Below, piece by piece: positions 46,468 to 56,559 of a DNA stretch of 64,000 nucleotides; positions within the stretch are counted from its first letter, which is position 1; every line of letters starts with the position of its first letter. Origin of the DNA: Gemmatimonadales bacterium (GTDB lineage: Bacteria > Gemmatimonadota > Gemmatimonadetes > Gemmatimonadales > GWC2-71-9); contig CBDFJJ010000013.1 in NCBI GenBank assembly GCA_965248285.1, positions 1,800,384 to 1,864,383 on the forward strand. Reading direction: 5' to 3'. The notes beneath the pieces were generated by a model, which saw only the letters and a list, made by a program, of their open reading frames with translations, searched no databases and was not told the DNA's origin. The translations under genes were made by a program, and so were the position numbers.

Positions 46468-47625
46468 GATGCAGCTCGTCGATGCGAAGCGCGTTTGTGG
46501 CTCTCGGGTTGGCGGCGACGACGCCCGCGCTTGGGGTTGCGCAGCGAAGCACCGGCGAGGTGATGGTGGAGATGGGGACCTACCGCGGGCAACTCCAAAA
46601 CCCGTCGACGCAAGGAGAGATGGGCGTCGCCGCTCGCACTCGCATTACCTGGGAATCGGCCGATCGCCGACACCGCCTCACCGTGGAGCCGTTTCTGCGA
46701 TGGGACATCCTAAACGCCGACCGGACGCGGTTCGACGTCCGGGACCTGAGCTGGCAGATGACGACGGGAATCTGGGAGGTGACGGTTGGCGTGCGGGAGA
46801 TCTTCTGGGGAGTTGCGGAGTCGCAACATCTCATTGACGAGATCAATCAACGGAACCCGATTGGTGGCGTTCGATTGTACGAGAAGTTGGGGCAGCCGCT
46901 GGCGATGGTCGCTGCCACGTCGGACTGGGGAACAGTAGAGTTGCTGGCCCTTCCAATCTTCCGGCCGAGACCGTTCGATGGCCGGTCAGGCCGCCTCTGG
47001 TCGCCGCGTCCCGTTGGCACGCGACGCCGTCGTGCGGGGCGGTTCAAGGCGAGTGCACGCCGATTGGGCCCTTCGGTATTCGCACAGCGTGGGCGCGTGG
47101 GACGTGGGCGCCGCCTTCTTCTCCGGTACGGCGCGCGACCCCTACTTCGCCCCCTCGGGCGACTCTGCGTGGATTCCCCATCACGATCTCATCGACCGGA
47201 CGAGCGTGGAGATTGGGTGGACCACTGGGTTCTGGCTGTTCAGGGGCGAGGGGGCAACGCAGGGGTCGGCGCTGCGAAGATTCGAGTCTGCCGTGGGTGG
47301 AGTCGAGTTTGCCCCCGTCGATTTCTTTGCCGGCATCCTCGAGTACTCCTACGACAGTCGGGGCTCGGCTGCGACCACGTCGTACGAGAACGACGTATTC
47401 CTCGGCGGCCGGCTGTTGACGGAGGACGGCCCGGTTCGGGCAGGCGCTTTCGTGGACACGCGCTCCGGGGCCGTCCTGGCGTCCGTCGAGGCAAGCCGTC
47501 GCCTGGGTACCCGTATCGTCTTCACCCTCGAGGCCCGCGCGTTTTTGGGAGACGAGGCCAGGCAGCCGCGGCACGCCTTCCGGCAGGATACGTTCTTGGG
47601 GCTCCTGGCGACGTACCACTGGTAG
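46464..47625 (+). pseudogene. Outer-membrane beta-barrel protein, apparent +/-1 frameshift near 47000
   Basis: Signal peptide and first strands are in the 46464 frame. The remainder, ending ...LGLLATYHW* with a C-terminal aromatic, is in the 46978 frame. ATGA overlap with the upstream transporter. Confidence 0.55.
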
Positions 47626-47705
47626 CTTGACGGGCGCTTTGACGGGCGCTTGACGGCCACAGTGCATGGTGATCCTATGCAAACGAACACCGACACCTCG
47701 GATGG

Positions 47706-48827
47706 ATGGCCATGAGCGGATTGAGTCTGGTAGAACGGGATTTTGACGCGTTTTTCTCCGTTCCGTTTCACGTCTACGGTACGGAGACACCATTCGTCTC
47801 CATCATGCGCTCGGATCTTCGGCGTATCCTGAGTGACAAGAATCCGCTGTTCCCCCGCTTCGGACAGTTCACATTCTTCACGGCCCGTCGGGATGGGAAG
47901 GCCGTGGGGCGAATCGTGGCGCACATTCACGAGGAGTCGAATCGCCTCCATGGGCTGAAGCTCGGGTACTTCGGCTTCTTCGATTGCGCGAACGACCAGG
48001 ACGTCGCAAAGCTCTTGTTGGAAGCGGCGGAATCCTGGGTGGCCGAGCGAGGCTGCGACAAGATTGCCGGCAACTTCAATCTCACGGCGATGCAACAGAT
48101 CGGGGTCGTGACCGAAGGCTTCGAGCACGCGCCGTACACGGACATGCATTACAATCCTGCGCATATTCCGGAGCTGCTTGAAGCTTGCGGATACCACGCG
48201 TCCTTCCCGATGCAGACGTGGGAGACGGACGTACCCTCAAGGATGCCGGACACCGGCCTCGGCCAACGTCAGCAAGCGGCTGTGGACTCGGGCGAGTTGC
48301 GGTGGGCAAGAGTCCGGCGCCGCGGATTCTGGACGACGCTGGAGCAAATCCGGCAGCTGCTCAACGGGAGCTTTGCCAACAACCAGATGTTCGTGCCGCT
48401 TACCCGGGAGGAGTTCAAGTTCCAGGCGGGAGAGATGATGTGGATCATCGATCACCGGATCACCCAGCTCGTGTATCGCGGTGACGATCTCGTCGGCGCC
48501 GTGCTGTGCATCCCAGATCTGAACCCGTTTCTCCGGAGCACGAAATCCCGGTTGGGCCTGACCACGCCGTGGCAATATCTTCAACACCGGCGCAAAGGCA
48601 CGCGCGCCGTGATCCTGTTCCTCAGCGTCAAGCCATCGCGGCAGAGCGAGGGACTTTGCCGCGCCATGTTGCAGCGCCTTGGCGTCGATCTCAGTCGCAG
48701 CGGTTACACGCACGTAGGGGGCACCTGGGTCTCCGACGAGAATCCGGCAAGTCTCAAGCAGGTCGAGCGCTTCGCTTCGCGCCGCCTGCACCGTTTGCAC
48801 TTGTTCGGGAAACTGCTGGCCCGTTGA
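47706..48827 (+). CDS. GNAT-like N-acyltransferase-family protein (hypothetical)
   Basis: A 373-aa two-lobed protein. GRIVAHIHEE...GYFGFFDC...AKLLLEAAESWVAERGCDKIAGNFN resembles long GNAT-fold proteins. Assignment is tentative. Confidence 0.5.
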   Translation: MAMSGLSLVERDFDAFFSVPFHVYGTETPFVSIMRSDLRRILSDKNPLFPRFGQFTFFTARRDGKAVGRIVAHIHEESNRLHGLKLGYFGFFDCANDQDVAKLLLEAAESWVAERGCDKIAGNFNLTAMQQIGVVTEGFEHAPYTDMHYNPAHIPELLEACGYHASFPMQTWETDVPSRMPDTGLGQRQQAAVDSGELRWARVRRRGFWTTLEQIRQLLNGSFANNQMFVPLTREEFKFQAGEMMWIIDHRITQLVYRGDDLVGAVLCIPDLNPFLRSTKSRLGLTTPWQYLQHRRKGTRAVILFLSVKPSRQSEGLCRAMLQRLGVDLSRSGYTHVGGTWVSDENPASLKQVERFASRRLHRLHLFGKLLAR

Positions 48828-49825
48828 ACGTCCTGAGTCGAGAGCAGCAGCTCGCGTTGGCGGCCGAAGCCAACCGGGCGCCCAGCGCACACAACACGCA
48901 GCAGGCCCGGTGGCGGTTTCTCCCCAACGGCAGCGTGCGGCTCTACGAAGACCTCTCCGGGCGGCTCACCATTGAAGATCCCACAGGCCGCGACGCGCTC
49001 GTCGGGTTGGGCGCGGCATTCGAAGGCATGCATATTGCCCTCACGGCGCGAGGATTGGGTCTCAGCGATGCCGAGCCGCCTACGAGTGACGATGCTCCTG
49101 CAGGCTTGTTTCGCGTCGCGGACGCAGCGTTGCGGCACGTCGACCAACCAGACGAATTCGCCGATGTCGTGAAGCTGCGACACACGTATCGGGGCAAGTT
49201 CAAGCAGGTCGCAACGGCGTTGCCGCGTTTGCGGAAGCTGCTGGACAACATGCCGGACATTGCTCCGGTGTATGAGGCGAATGTGATCCCGGCGATTGCG
49301 CGTCTCCATGACGATTGCAGCATCGAGTTCCTGAAACGGATGGACTATCAGTCCGAGCTGCGAGAGTGGATCCGCTTCTCTCCAAAGGACGTCCGGTGGG
49401 CGCGTGACGGCCTTACGGCGGAATGCCTGGGCCTATCACGCATAGAGCGGCGGTTCGCCAGGGTCCTGCTCACTCCATACATTTTTCATGTGCTGGCGCA
49501 CTGCGGCCTGGGTCGACCTCTCACGTCGGAGGCGCCCATGGTGCGATCGTCCACCGCGATCGCGGTGCTCCACGCAGGCCCCGGCGGGTGGGCATTGGAC
49601 TCGGGGAGGAGGTTTTACAAGTTCCTTCTCGAACTGTGTCGAGCGGGGTTCTCTGCCTGCCCCATGTCAGCGCTCGTCGATTCCGAGCGAGGAACACAAT
49701 GGCTCCGTGAAACGCTGCACATCGCAGGCGACCGACGGCTCGTAAACGTCTTCAGGATCGGACCAGCCCCCCCCATTCAGCAGTGCACCAGTCCCCGGCG
49801 GCCGCCCGAGGAGTTGTTGGTGTAA
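48824..49825 (+). CDS. Nitroreductase-superfamily (Acg-like) protein
   Basis: APSAHNTQQARWRF is a nitroreductase N-motif. An in-frame TTG start overlaps the upstream stop (TTGA). The track ORF's upstream extension overlaps the previous gene. Confidence 0.55.
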   Translation: MNVLSREQQLALAAEANRAPSAHNTQQARWRFLPNGSVRLYEDLSGRLTIEDPTGRDALVGLGAAFEGMHIALTARGLGLSDAEPPTSDDAPAGLFRVADAALRHVDQPDEFADVVKLRHTYRGKFKQVATALPRLRKLLDNMPDIAPVYEANVIPAIARLHDDCSIEFLKRMDYQSELREWIRFSPKDVRWARDGLTAECLGLSRIERRFARVLLTPYIFHVLAHCGLGRPLTSEAPMVRSSTAIAVLHAGPGGWALDSGRRFYKFLLELCRAGFSACPMSALVDSERGTQWLRETLHIAGDRRLVNVFRIGPAPPIQQCTSPRRPPEELLV

Positions 49826-49831
49826 GAACCC

Positions 49832-51520
49832 CTAAAAAAGTTTGAGGTATTCGATGAGCGCGCGCTTTTCCTCTTCCGTGAGCAAAGCAAACTCGCGCTC
49901 GTGTCCGAGGTTTCTCAGCCCTGGCCGTGTGGCATCGTAAAGCGCTGGCGTGGACCAAGGCTCGTAGCCTTCACGGTACCGATACACACCGTCGGCGTCG
50001 AGCACTCCATCGATCCCCACCGTCTCGAAGTTGAGGCGATGCCCGCCCATGTAGAACCGATCGGGCCGCTGGGCCGGGTGCATCAGGTGCCAGAGCGTCG
50101 GGACGGATCCGTTGTGCAAGTACGGCGCAGTGGCCCACAGTGCCGTGAGCGGCGTGGCCACGTAGCCACCAGTCGACGCCGCATCGATGTGCTTGCCGAA
50201 CTCGGTCTTGCGGAGCACCGGGATGAGGCTCGAGTCGGGTTGCCACCGCGCGGAATCGGTATTCATCTCCGCCTGGGTCACGTGCCGGTTAGGGAAGCTT
50301 ACCAGGCGAACCGATTGAATACCTGGGCTGTACTCACCGTGACACTGCGCGCACTGCGACTGATAGATCTCGCGGCCTCGCGCCGCACGCGCCGAGTCAA
50401 TCGGACCGGGAAACGGAGGTGGCTCGTAGGCTCTGACGAAGTCGAGAATCTGCACGGCTTGCGGGATGTGTTCCTCGGCGATCGCCGGAGTGGTGCCCAT
50501 TGCCGGAACGGTGAAGAAGGTCACGATCCCCGCGAGTCCGCGCGCGTGGCCTTCGGTGACACCCGACAACTCCATGCGAGCAAAGCGCGGCAAACCCGGA
50601 ACGGCGTACGTTCCGTCGTACAACAGGGACGTGCGGAGCAACGTGCCGCCGAGGTCCGGAATCGACGTGAAGCTCACCTCGCGTTGCGTTACGTCTTCGC
50701 GGAGTAACCCCATCGTCCATTTGAGGGCTGCCACCCCGTTGGTGATGCCCGGGAAGCCGTTCGAGTAGGGAATCGCTCGACCAAACGTTGCTTCGAGCTC
50801 CTGTAACCGCTCGTCAATCAGCGGGAGAAGCACGCCCTCGATAGTAGCGATCTCGCGTTCCGAAACTTGCGGATAGAGCGTGCGTACGCCAGCGACGAGC
50901 CGATCCCGGCCTGGGAGTGCGGCTTTCAAGCTTTCGTAGACGTCCGTCGTGAAGGCTTCGAGGTTGAGTGAGGTGTTGGGAAGACCGAGCCAGACGTCGC
51001 GCGTAGCATAACCATCCGCGTCATACGTGACGCCCGCGTGGCACGCGGCGCATCCGATGTTCGCTGCCTCGATTTCGATCGATGGCACGGAGCGGCGGAG
51101 CTGGCTGGTCAAGATGCCAATGGGGCGCCGAAACGGCTCGGGTGGAACGTTACCTCTCCAGTTCGCAATGGTATCCGGAACGACAAACCCAAATTCACGT
51201 AATAAAGCGTTTAGACGCTCGAGGGTGAGTTCCTCCGCGTCTCTGTGCTGTAGGAGTGCGGTGCTCACGACCTTCCACGGGGTGGCATGCGTCTGGAGCG
51301 CATCGGTGTTGAGGCTGCCGAGGTCGTCGTACGTGAAGCGGATCAGGCCGATCACGTCCGTGGACGGCGCCTTGGCCTGCATCGCCAGGAGTTCCAGGGA
51401 GGGCGCTCGCGCGTATCCACGCAGGAAGTCCAACTGCCATCGCGCGAGCAAAACCCCCGCCACAATCGCCAGCAAGCTGTAGCCTACCAGCCTCTTCACG
51501 TTCAATGGTCTACGAGTCAT
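49832..51520 (-). CDS. Membrane-anchored di-haem c-type cytochrome (MauG/CCP-like superfamily)
   Basis: Two CxxCH motifs (CAACH, CAQCH), APYLHNGSVPTLWHL and an N-terminal TM. The start is ATG 51520 or GTG 51532, directly after the P450 stop. Confidence 0.7.
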   Translation of the reverse strand: MTRRPLNVKRLVGYSLLAIVAGVLLARWQLDFLRGYARAPSLELLAMQAKAPSTDVIGLIRFTYDDLGSLNTDALQTHATPWKVVSTALLQHRDAEELTLERLNALLREFGFVVPDTIANWRGNVPPEPFRRPIGILTSQLRRSVPSIEIEAANIGCAACHAGVTYDADGYATRDVWLGLPNTSLNLEAFTTDVYESLKAALPGRDRLVAGVRTLYPQVSEREIATIEGVLLPLIDERLQELEATFGRAIPYSNGFPGITNGVAALKWTMGLLREDVTQREVSFTSIPDLGGTLLRTSLLYDGTYAVPGLPRFARMELSGVTEGHARGLAGIVTFFTVPAMGTTPAIAEEHIPQAVQILDFVRAYEPPPFPGPIDSARAARGREIYQSQCAQCHGEYSPGIQSVRLVSFPNRHVTQAEMNTDSARWQPDSSLIPVLRKTEFGKHIDAASTGGYVATPLTALWATAPYLHNGSVPTLWHLMHPAQRPDRFYMGGHRLNFETVGIDGVLDADGVYRYREGYEPWSTPALYDATRPGLRNLGHEREFALLTEEEKRALIEYLKLF

Positions 51521-51532
51521 GGCGTCACCCAC

Positions 51533-52855
51533 TCACACTCGACGGATGGTGGCTTTGATGCCGAAACGCGGCCGCAGGGTTACCGTTGGTTGAAGCTCGA
51601 CCGGGTGATCCGGCACCAGATCGAAGCGCCAGCGCCGCGCGATCATCGCCAACAACATCATCGCTTCCATCATCGCGAAGTTGCTTCCCACGCAATACCG
51701 CGGGCCGCCCCCGAAGGGAAAGTACGCGTACTTGGGCGGCTTCCAGTCTCCCTCCCACCTTGACGGCAGGAAGGTCATCGGATCGTCGTAAAAACGGCCG
51801 TCACGATGTGTAATGAAGGGCAGCAACAGAATCTGCGTCCCCTTCTTGATGCGGTACCCTCCCACTTCGATGTCGCGACGTGCCTCGCGGCCCATGGCCC
51901 ACGCCGGCGGGTAGAGCCGCATGGATTCCTGCACGACGGCGCGCAGGAACGGCGCGCGAGCGAGGGTGTCCGGCGTCATCGCGCCTCCGTTTGCTGCGGC
52001 CTCGACCTCGTTGCGCAACTGTTCGGCGATGTCCGGATGCTGCGCGAGCAGGTAAAGCGTCCACGATAGCGTGATGGCGGTCGTCTCGTGTCCCGCTGTC
52101 AGAAGTGTCACCACCTCGTCGCGCACCTGGCGGGTGCTCATGGCGCTTCCGTCTTCGTCCCGCGTTTCCAGCAGCCAACTCAGCAGGTTGTCTCCGCCGG
52201 GCGACTGTAACCGCGCGTCGATGATCTCGTGCACGACGCGGTCCAAGCGGGCGCGTGCCGCTCGCGTGCCGAGATTCCTCGGCGTCGGGATAGCCAGGGG
52301 CGTGGGAAACCAACCGGTCATCAGTTTCTCGAAATAGTGCATTACTCGGTCGAGGGACTCGCTGACGTCATGAACGCGGTTCGACAGATCGGTGCCGAAC
52401 AGGGTCTCCGCCACCACTTCCAGGGTCAGGGCCATCATGTCGGCGTGCAGATCCCTCACCTCTCCGTCCTGCCACGCATTTATCATGGCCTCGGTCCGCC
52501 GCACCATCACATCGGCGTATAACTTGACGCGGGAATTGTGGAAGCCGGGTTGGATGAGCCGACGTTGCTTCTGCCACGTCTCGCCCTCGCTCGTGAGCAG
52601 GCCGTTCCCCAACGCGAATTTGAGTTGCCGAAGGTCCCAATGCTTGATCAGTGCGTCGGCGCGATGCACCAGCACTTCTTCGATGAGGTCTGGCTCGTTC
52701 ACCACGCAGCACCGGAACGGCCCGAGACGAAAACCGCAGACATCGCCGTGCTCTCGCACCACACTCTGTAAAAAGCCAAGCATGTCCCGGCGGAATGCCG
52801 GAAAGCTTCCCCAGGGAAGCCACGTCTGCGGGCCGGGGAGTGAACGGGCGGTCAT
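51533..52855 (-). CDS. Cytochrome P450
   Basis: Haem loop FGGGPRYCVGSNFA, ExxR ESMRLYPP and I-helix LTAGHETT. Start at MTARSLPGP, in ATGA overlap with the upstream gene. Confidence 0.9.
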   Translation of the reverse strand: MTARSLPGPQTWLPWGSFPAFRRDMLGFLQSVVREHGDVCGFRLGPFRCCVVNEPDLIEEVLVHRADALIKHWDLRQLKFALGNGLLTSEGETWQKQRRLIQPGFHNSRVKLYADVMVRRTEAMINAWQDGEVRDLHADMMALTLEVVAETLFGTDLSNRVHDVSESLDRVMHYFEKLMTGWFPTPLAIPTPRNLGTRAARARLDRVVHEIIDARLQSPGGDNLLSWLLETRDEDGSAMSTRQVRDEVVTLLTAGHETTAITLSWTLYLLAQHPDIAEQLRNEVEAAANGGAMTPDTLARAPFLRAVVQESMRLYPPAWAMGREARRDIEVGGYRIKKGTQILLLPFITHRDGRFYDDPMTFLPSRWEGDWKPPKYAYFPFGGGPRYCVGSNFAMMEAMMLLAMIARRWRFDLVPDHPVELQPTVTLRPRFGIKATIRRV

Positions 52856-54126
52856 GCGTGGAAGCCGGGTTGTGTGTGAACGGCCTCGTGCGCGCTCCTC
52901 GTCATCGGCATGCTCTCCGCGTCCTCTGGACCCAGGAGCATGGAATACTTGTGGAGGAGTGCCAGCTCGTGCGCGGGGTCGAGCGACCCGGCGAACTGCG
53001 GTGCGTTGAGGAGGAGAAACGCGGGCGGCGCGCCACCCAGCAGCGTCACGTGCGTCATCTGATTCTCCCCGAGGAGTTCGATGAGCTGTTCGCTCGGCCC
53101 CGGGTCGGGCTCGCCGGTTACCAGCCCGCTTTGCAGCGCGGCAATCGTCCACACGGGATGATCCCCTGCGAACGCGCGGGTCATGATTTCGGGGTCGTAC
53201 CCCTGGAGCGCATTCCCTCGCAGCACGATGTGGTCATCAGCGAGCGGCAGACTACTCAGGGACTCGATGAACTCCTCGAGCGAGCCGGTCGGCGCTTTCA
53301 GAAGCCACTGGTAAAAGGATGCGCGGCGGTGCCGGATGCGCAGGGCCCGCAATCTACCGAGGATCGTATACAGCAGGATGAACGAGAGCAAGACGACGAA
53401 GGCCGCAATGTAGAAGTCCCTCGGCGCATCGCTCATCAACAACGTCAGGGTTGCCGTAGCAGCCAGAGCCATCAGCCCAACGAGCGCGACCTCGTACACG
53501 ATGGCCATCGGAGACTCTGCCAGGCTCGTGAGCCGCACGCAGGTGTAGACGAAAATCAGTCCTCCGACGCTCCCAAGCCGGAACGGGAGCCATTCGGGTC
53601 GCAATTGTACGTCGGTCATGATGAGAAAGAACCCGATCGCCAGGACGGCTGTGAAGCCGTCGATGAGTTGGTTCTCGATGGGAGCGTGGTCCTTCCGTCG
53701 CCGGGTGACCAGCATGAGACCCAGCCAGCCGAACGTCAGTAGGGCGTACGTTCGGAAGCCGATGAAGAACACGCTTCGATCCCCGAAGTCCAATACGTTC
53801 CACGGCACGAACACAACGGCGCCGGCAGCCGCAAACACCTTGAGCGCGAGGCCGGCGTGCCGCCGCATCATCGCTTCCACAAACAGCGTCATCACCAGCG
53901 GTAGGAACGTCGCGGGAACGAAGGTCAGCATGGCGAGGACCGGACGATCGGAGAGCCACGAGAACCCACGGACAAGGAACAGCGCTCCCAGGGTGTACAG
54001 GAGGAGGAGAATCTTTCCTTCCAGGTTGCTGCGCATGCGCTGTTGATGGATGTACACGATGTAGCTGAACACCCCGACTGCGCCCAGCCATGTCAGGATC
54101 GAATCTGTCCACGTCTCAAACCCCAT
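52852..54126 (-). CDS. Polytopic membrane protein (about 8 TM) with a C-terminal soluble domain, unknown function
   Basis: Hydrophobic segments run through about residue 280, then a domain LKAPTGSLEEFIESL... with no recognised motif. The start overlaps the ThiF-like stop. Confidence 0.6.
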   Translation of the reverse strand: MGFETWTDSILTWLGAVGVFSYIVYIHQQRMRSNLEGKILLLLYTLGALFLVRGFSWLSDRPVLAMLTFVPATFLPLVMTLFVEAMMRRHAGLALKVFAAAGAVVFVPWNVLDFGDRSVFFIGFRTYALLTFGWLGLMLVTRRRKDHAPIENQLIDGFTAVLAIGFFLIMTDVQLRPEWLPFRLGSVGGLIFVYTCVRLTSLAESPMAIVYEVALVGLMALAATATLTLLMSDAPRDFYIAAFVVLLSFILLYTILGRLRALRIRHRRASFYQWLLKAPTGSLEEFIESLSSLPLADDHIVLRGNALQGYDPEIMTRAFAGDHPVWTIAALQSGLVTGEPDPGPSEQLIELLGENQMTHVTLLGGAPPAFLLLNAPQFAGSLDPAHELALLHKYSMLLGPEDAESMPMTRSAHEAVHTQPGFHA

Positions 54127-55015
54127 GGGCCATCCTCTCGAGCCGGCGGCGTACCGCCCTGCGAACGATCCAGGCGACCAACGGGTGTCTCGGACGCTCG
54201 ACTTGTCCGGTCCACGGATTGAAGAAATAGCCACGGCAATCCGTCGTGGAGGGGCGGCCGATCGCCAGCTTGACGGCCTCGAAGCACATCAAGTTGCCAG
54301 CGGTGATCACCATCGGGGCGAACGCCATGCGGTCTCGCTTTCCGGCAATCACGTCCGCGGCAATTGTCATGTCCACGTGGCGTGGCGACGACGAGTGAGT
54401 CATCACGTGCTCGATCTCGCGGATTTTGCATTCGTCGCATGCCGCATCAGAGATCTCTCGCCAGTCCACGCCGACGGTGGGGTAACCCAGGCGCTCTTCG
54501 GGCCTCGGGTCTTCCGGCCTTACGACGGTCACAGACGGCAGCGGCGACGCGTACGCATCCACCACCGTGGCGCCATGCTCCTTGGCTTTGCGATAGAGCT
54601 GCACGCCGGCCCGCACGTCGTCCATCCCGTTGATCACGATACGGTAGCGGGGCAGGATGGCGTCGAGCTGTTCCAACCATTCGGCGCCGTACGTTTCGAG
54701 CCGTGCCCCGGGATTGATATTGAGGATCTGCTGCCGGACGACGCCTGCCTTGTCCCTGCCCAGCGTGTCGATGAAGGCAAACACCTGGCGGTTGAGATTG
54801 GACACCTCGAACGTATCGATGTCCGCAAAGGCCAGATTGGAGAATCCCGAGCGTACGAGCGACAGGATGCACGCCCCACCCATCCCGCCCACGCCGCAGA
54901 CGAAGACGCCGGCATCCCGCATGCGCTCCTGCTCCTGCCCGCTCACGAAGCCGATGTTTCGCTGCACGAACTCCGCGTAGTCGAACGGGTTCACCGCCGC
55001 GCTCACCCCTTCCAT
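54116..55015 (-). CDS. ThiF/MoeB/HesA-family E1-like adenylyltransferase
   Basis: VFVCGVGGMGGACILSLVRSG...DIDTFEVSNLNRQ is the nucleotide-binding signature. The start overlaps the upstream stop. Confidence 0.85.
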   Translation of the reverse strand: MEGVSAAVNPFDYAEFVQRNIGFVSGQEQERMRDAGVFVCGVGGMGGACILSLVRSGFSNLAFADIDTFEVSNLNRQVFAFIDTLGRDKAGVVRQQILNINPGARLETYGAEWLEQLDAILPRYRIVINGMDDVRAGVQLYRKAKEHGATVVDAYASPLPSVTVVRPEDPRPEERLGYPTVGVDWREISDAACDECKIREIEHVMTHSSSPRHVDMTIAADVIAGKRDRMAFAPMVITAGNLMCFEAVKLAIGRPSTTDCRGYFFNPWTGQVERPRHPLVAWIVRRAVRRRLERMAHGV

Positions 55016-56049
55016 GGCCTCAACTCTCCGAGCTGCTGGTCCGGCGTGAACCAGTGGACCACGGGCAGGAGGACGGAACCCAACACCAAGAAGCCCGCCC
55101 ACGACAGAATCGATCCGAGCGAGTACTTTGGCACCGAGCGCATGAGATACTTCTGGGCGGTGGAGAGTGTCCACCGGCCGATCTGGAGAAAGTCGTCCCC
55201 GCGATCGTAATCGAGTTGTTCCAGACACATGCGATTGTACTCATCTCGGCGATGCTTGGGAGCTTCGTCGTAACTCTTTTTCAAGTTGTCGGAGCCGCCG
55301 GTATACGAGTTCACGATGACGAATTGTCCGGTGTGGAAGAGAGCTTCCTCGCCCACTCCGAACGCGTTGCGATGACGCTCCATGATCTGCCTTGCGATGC
55401 CGATGTGCGCCCGGGTGGGTCGGCGGCTGGGATCCGGGACCGGAAACACGTTATCGAAGCTCTCGGCGACCATCCCAAAGACGGACGGCACTTGCGTGAC
55501 GTTGCTGATCCAGATGGGCCGGAGCTGGCGGTGACAGAAGATCAGCATGACCGTGAGTCCGTACAGCACCCACGACAATCCCTTGCCTCGGAACGTCGGG
55601 TCCACCATAGCCAATCCGGTATGGAGCACCTCCTCTTCTCTGCCGCGGAGCGTCACTCGCAGCACGGAGAGCGCGTTGAACGCGACGGGCTCATCGGTCT
55701 CCCGATCGTACAGGACGGTCAGGATAGCGTCCTTCAGCCGTTCCGGGTCGCCCGACACCGCGCCGTAGTTCAGCGCACCCTGGTCGAGGGTTGCCACCAC
55801 GACAGACTGAAGATCAGCCACGATCCGCTGCAACGGTTCCGGCTCCATCCACATGCCTGGGCGCTCAACGATGCGGACGCGCAGATTGCCGACCCGGTGC
55901 ATCTCCAGGTCGAGATACCGGGACGTAATCAGGTGGCGGAACTGAAACATGACGTCCAAGGTGTGCTGGCGGACGGTGTCCCGATAGACCGGGCAGCGCA
56001 GCCTCGGGAGCCTGCCGTGGCTGACCGGGGGGCCCGCCCGTGACTCCAT
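55003..56049 (-). CDS. GNAT-fold-like acyltransferase with a C-terminal TM helix (hypothetical)
   Basis: VDPTFRGKGLSWVLYGL resembles GNAT motif A. The C-terminal hydrophobic segment is ILSWAGFLVLGSVLLPVV. It is the first gene of the five-gene string. Confidence 0.5.
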   Translation of the reverse strand: MESRAGPPVSHGRLPRLRCPVYRDTVRQHTLDVMFQFRHLITSRYLDLEMHRVGNLRVRIVERPGMWMEPEPLQRIVADLQSVVVATLDQGALNYGAVSGDPERLKDAILTVLYDRETDEPVAFNALSVLRVTLRGREEEVLHTGLAMVDPTFRGKGLSWVLYGLTVMLIFCHRQLRPIWISNVTQVPSVFGMVAESFDNVFPVPDPSRRPTRAHIGIARQIMERHRNAFGVGEEALFHTGQFVIVNSYTGGSDNLKKSYDEAPKHRRDEYNRMCLEQLDYDRGDDFLQIGRWTLSTAQKYLMRSVPKYSLGSILSWAGFLVLGSVLLPVVHWFTPDQQLGELRPWKG

Positions 56050-56295
56050 CCTCCGGCCTTACGATCATGCGACCCGGGCAATCGCGCTGTGTACTCCATC
56101 GTTTTCCCCAATGCTCAAAAGGCCACCGTGGACGGCAATCGAATCTGCTTGAGGGGCGTCAAGAGAACGTCAAGAACACCGCCGCCTGGCGGCGCAGGTA
56201 GTTGGGCTGCAGCGTTCTGCTCAAGGGCGGGTTCGTGTTCGATCCGGAGGAGTTGCGGCCTTCGCGGAACTAAAAAGATCTTGGCCGCTAAGTTT

Positions 56296-56338
56296 CTTGT
56301 GACGTTTTTTGTTACAACACTCAGAACGTCCTTCGAAC
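56296..56338. repeat. ttgtgac...tttgttacaa motif next to the intact tRNA-Arg, related to the arm motif of the att-like copies
   Basis: cttgtgacgttttttgttacaacactcagaacgtccttcgaac compared with gttgtgacaatgtttgtgacaattctgacgtgaacgttc. Confidence 0.5.
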
Positions 56339-56386
56339 AGCGCACTTCGCAACGCGTAAGTCACTGTCCGGTTTTCACTTCCCCAA

Positions 56387-56460
<74 letters not shown>

Positions 56461-56472
56461 GCGTCCAGCAAA

Positions 56473-56546
56473 TCGGGGCGGCCGGACTTGAACCGGCGAC
56501 CTCCTGCTCCCGAAGCAGGCGCGCTACCGGGCTGCGCTACGCCCCG
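56473..56546 (-). tRNA. tRNA-Pro (anticodon CGG)
   Basis: CGGGGCG/CGCCCCG acceptor, anticodon loop TTCGGGA, T-arm GCCGG-TTCAAGT-CCGGC. Confidence 0.9.
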
Positions 56547-56559
56547 TTCTAGACGACCT

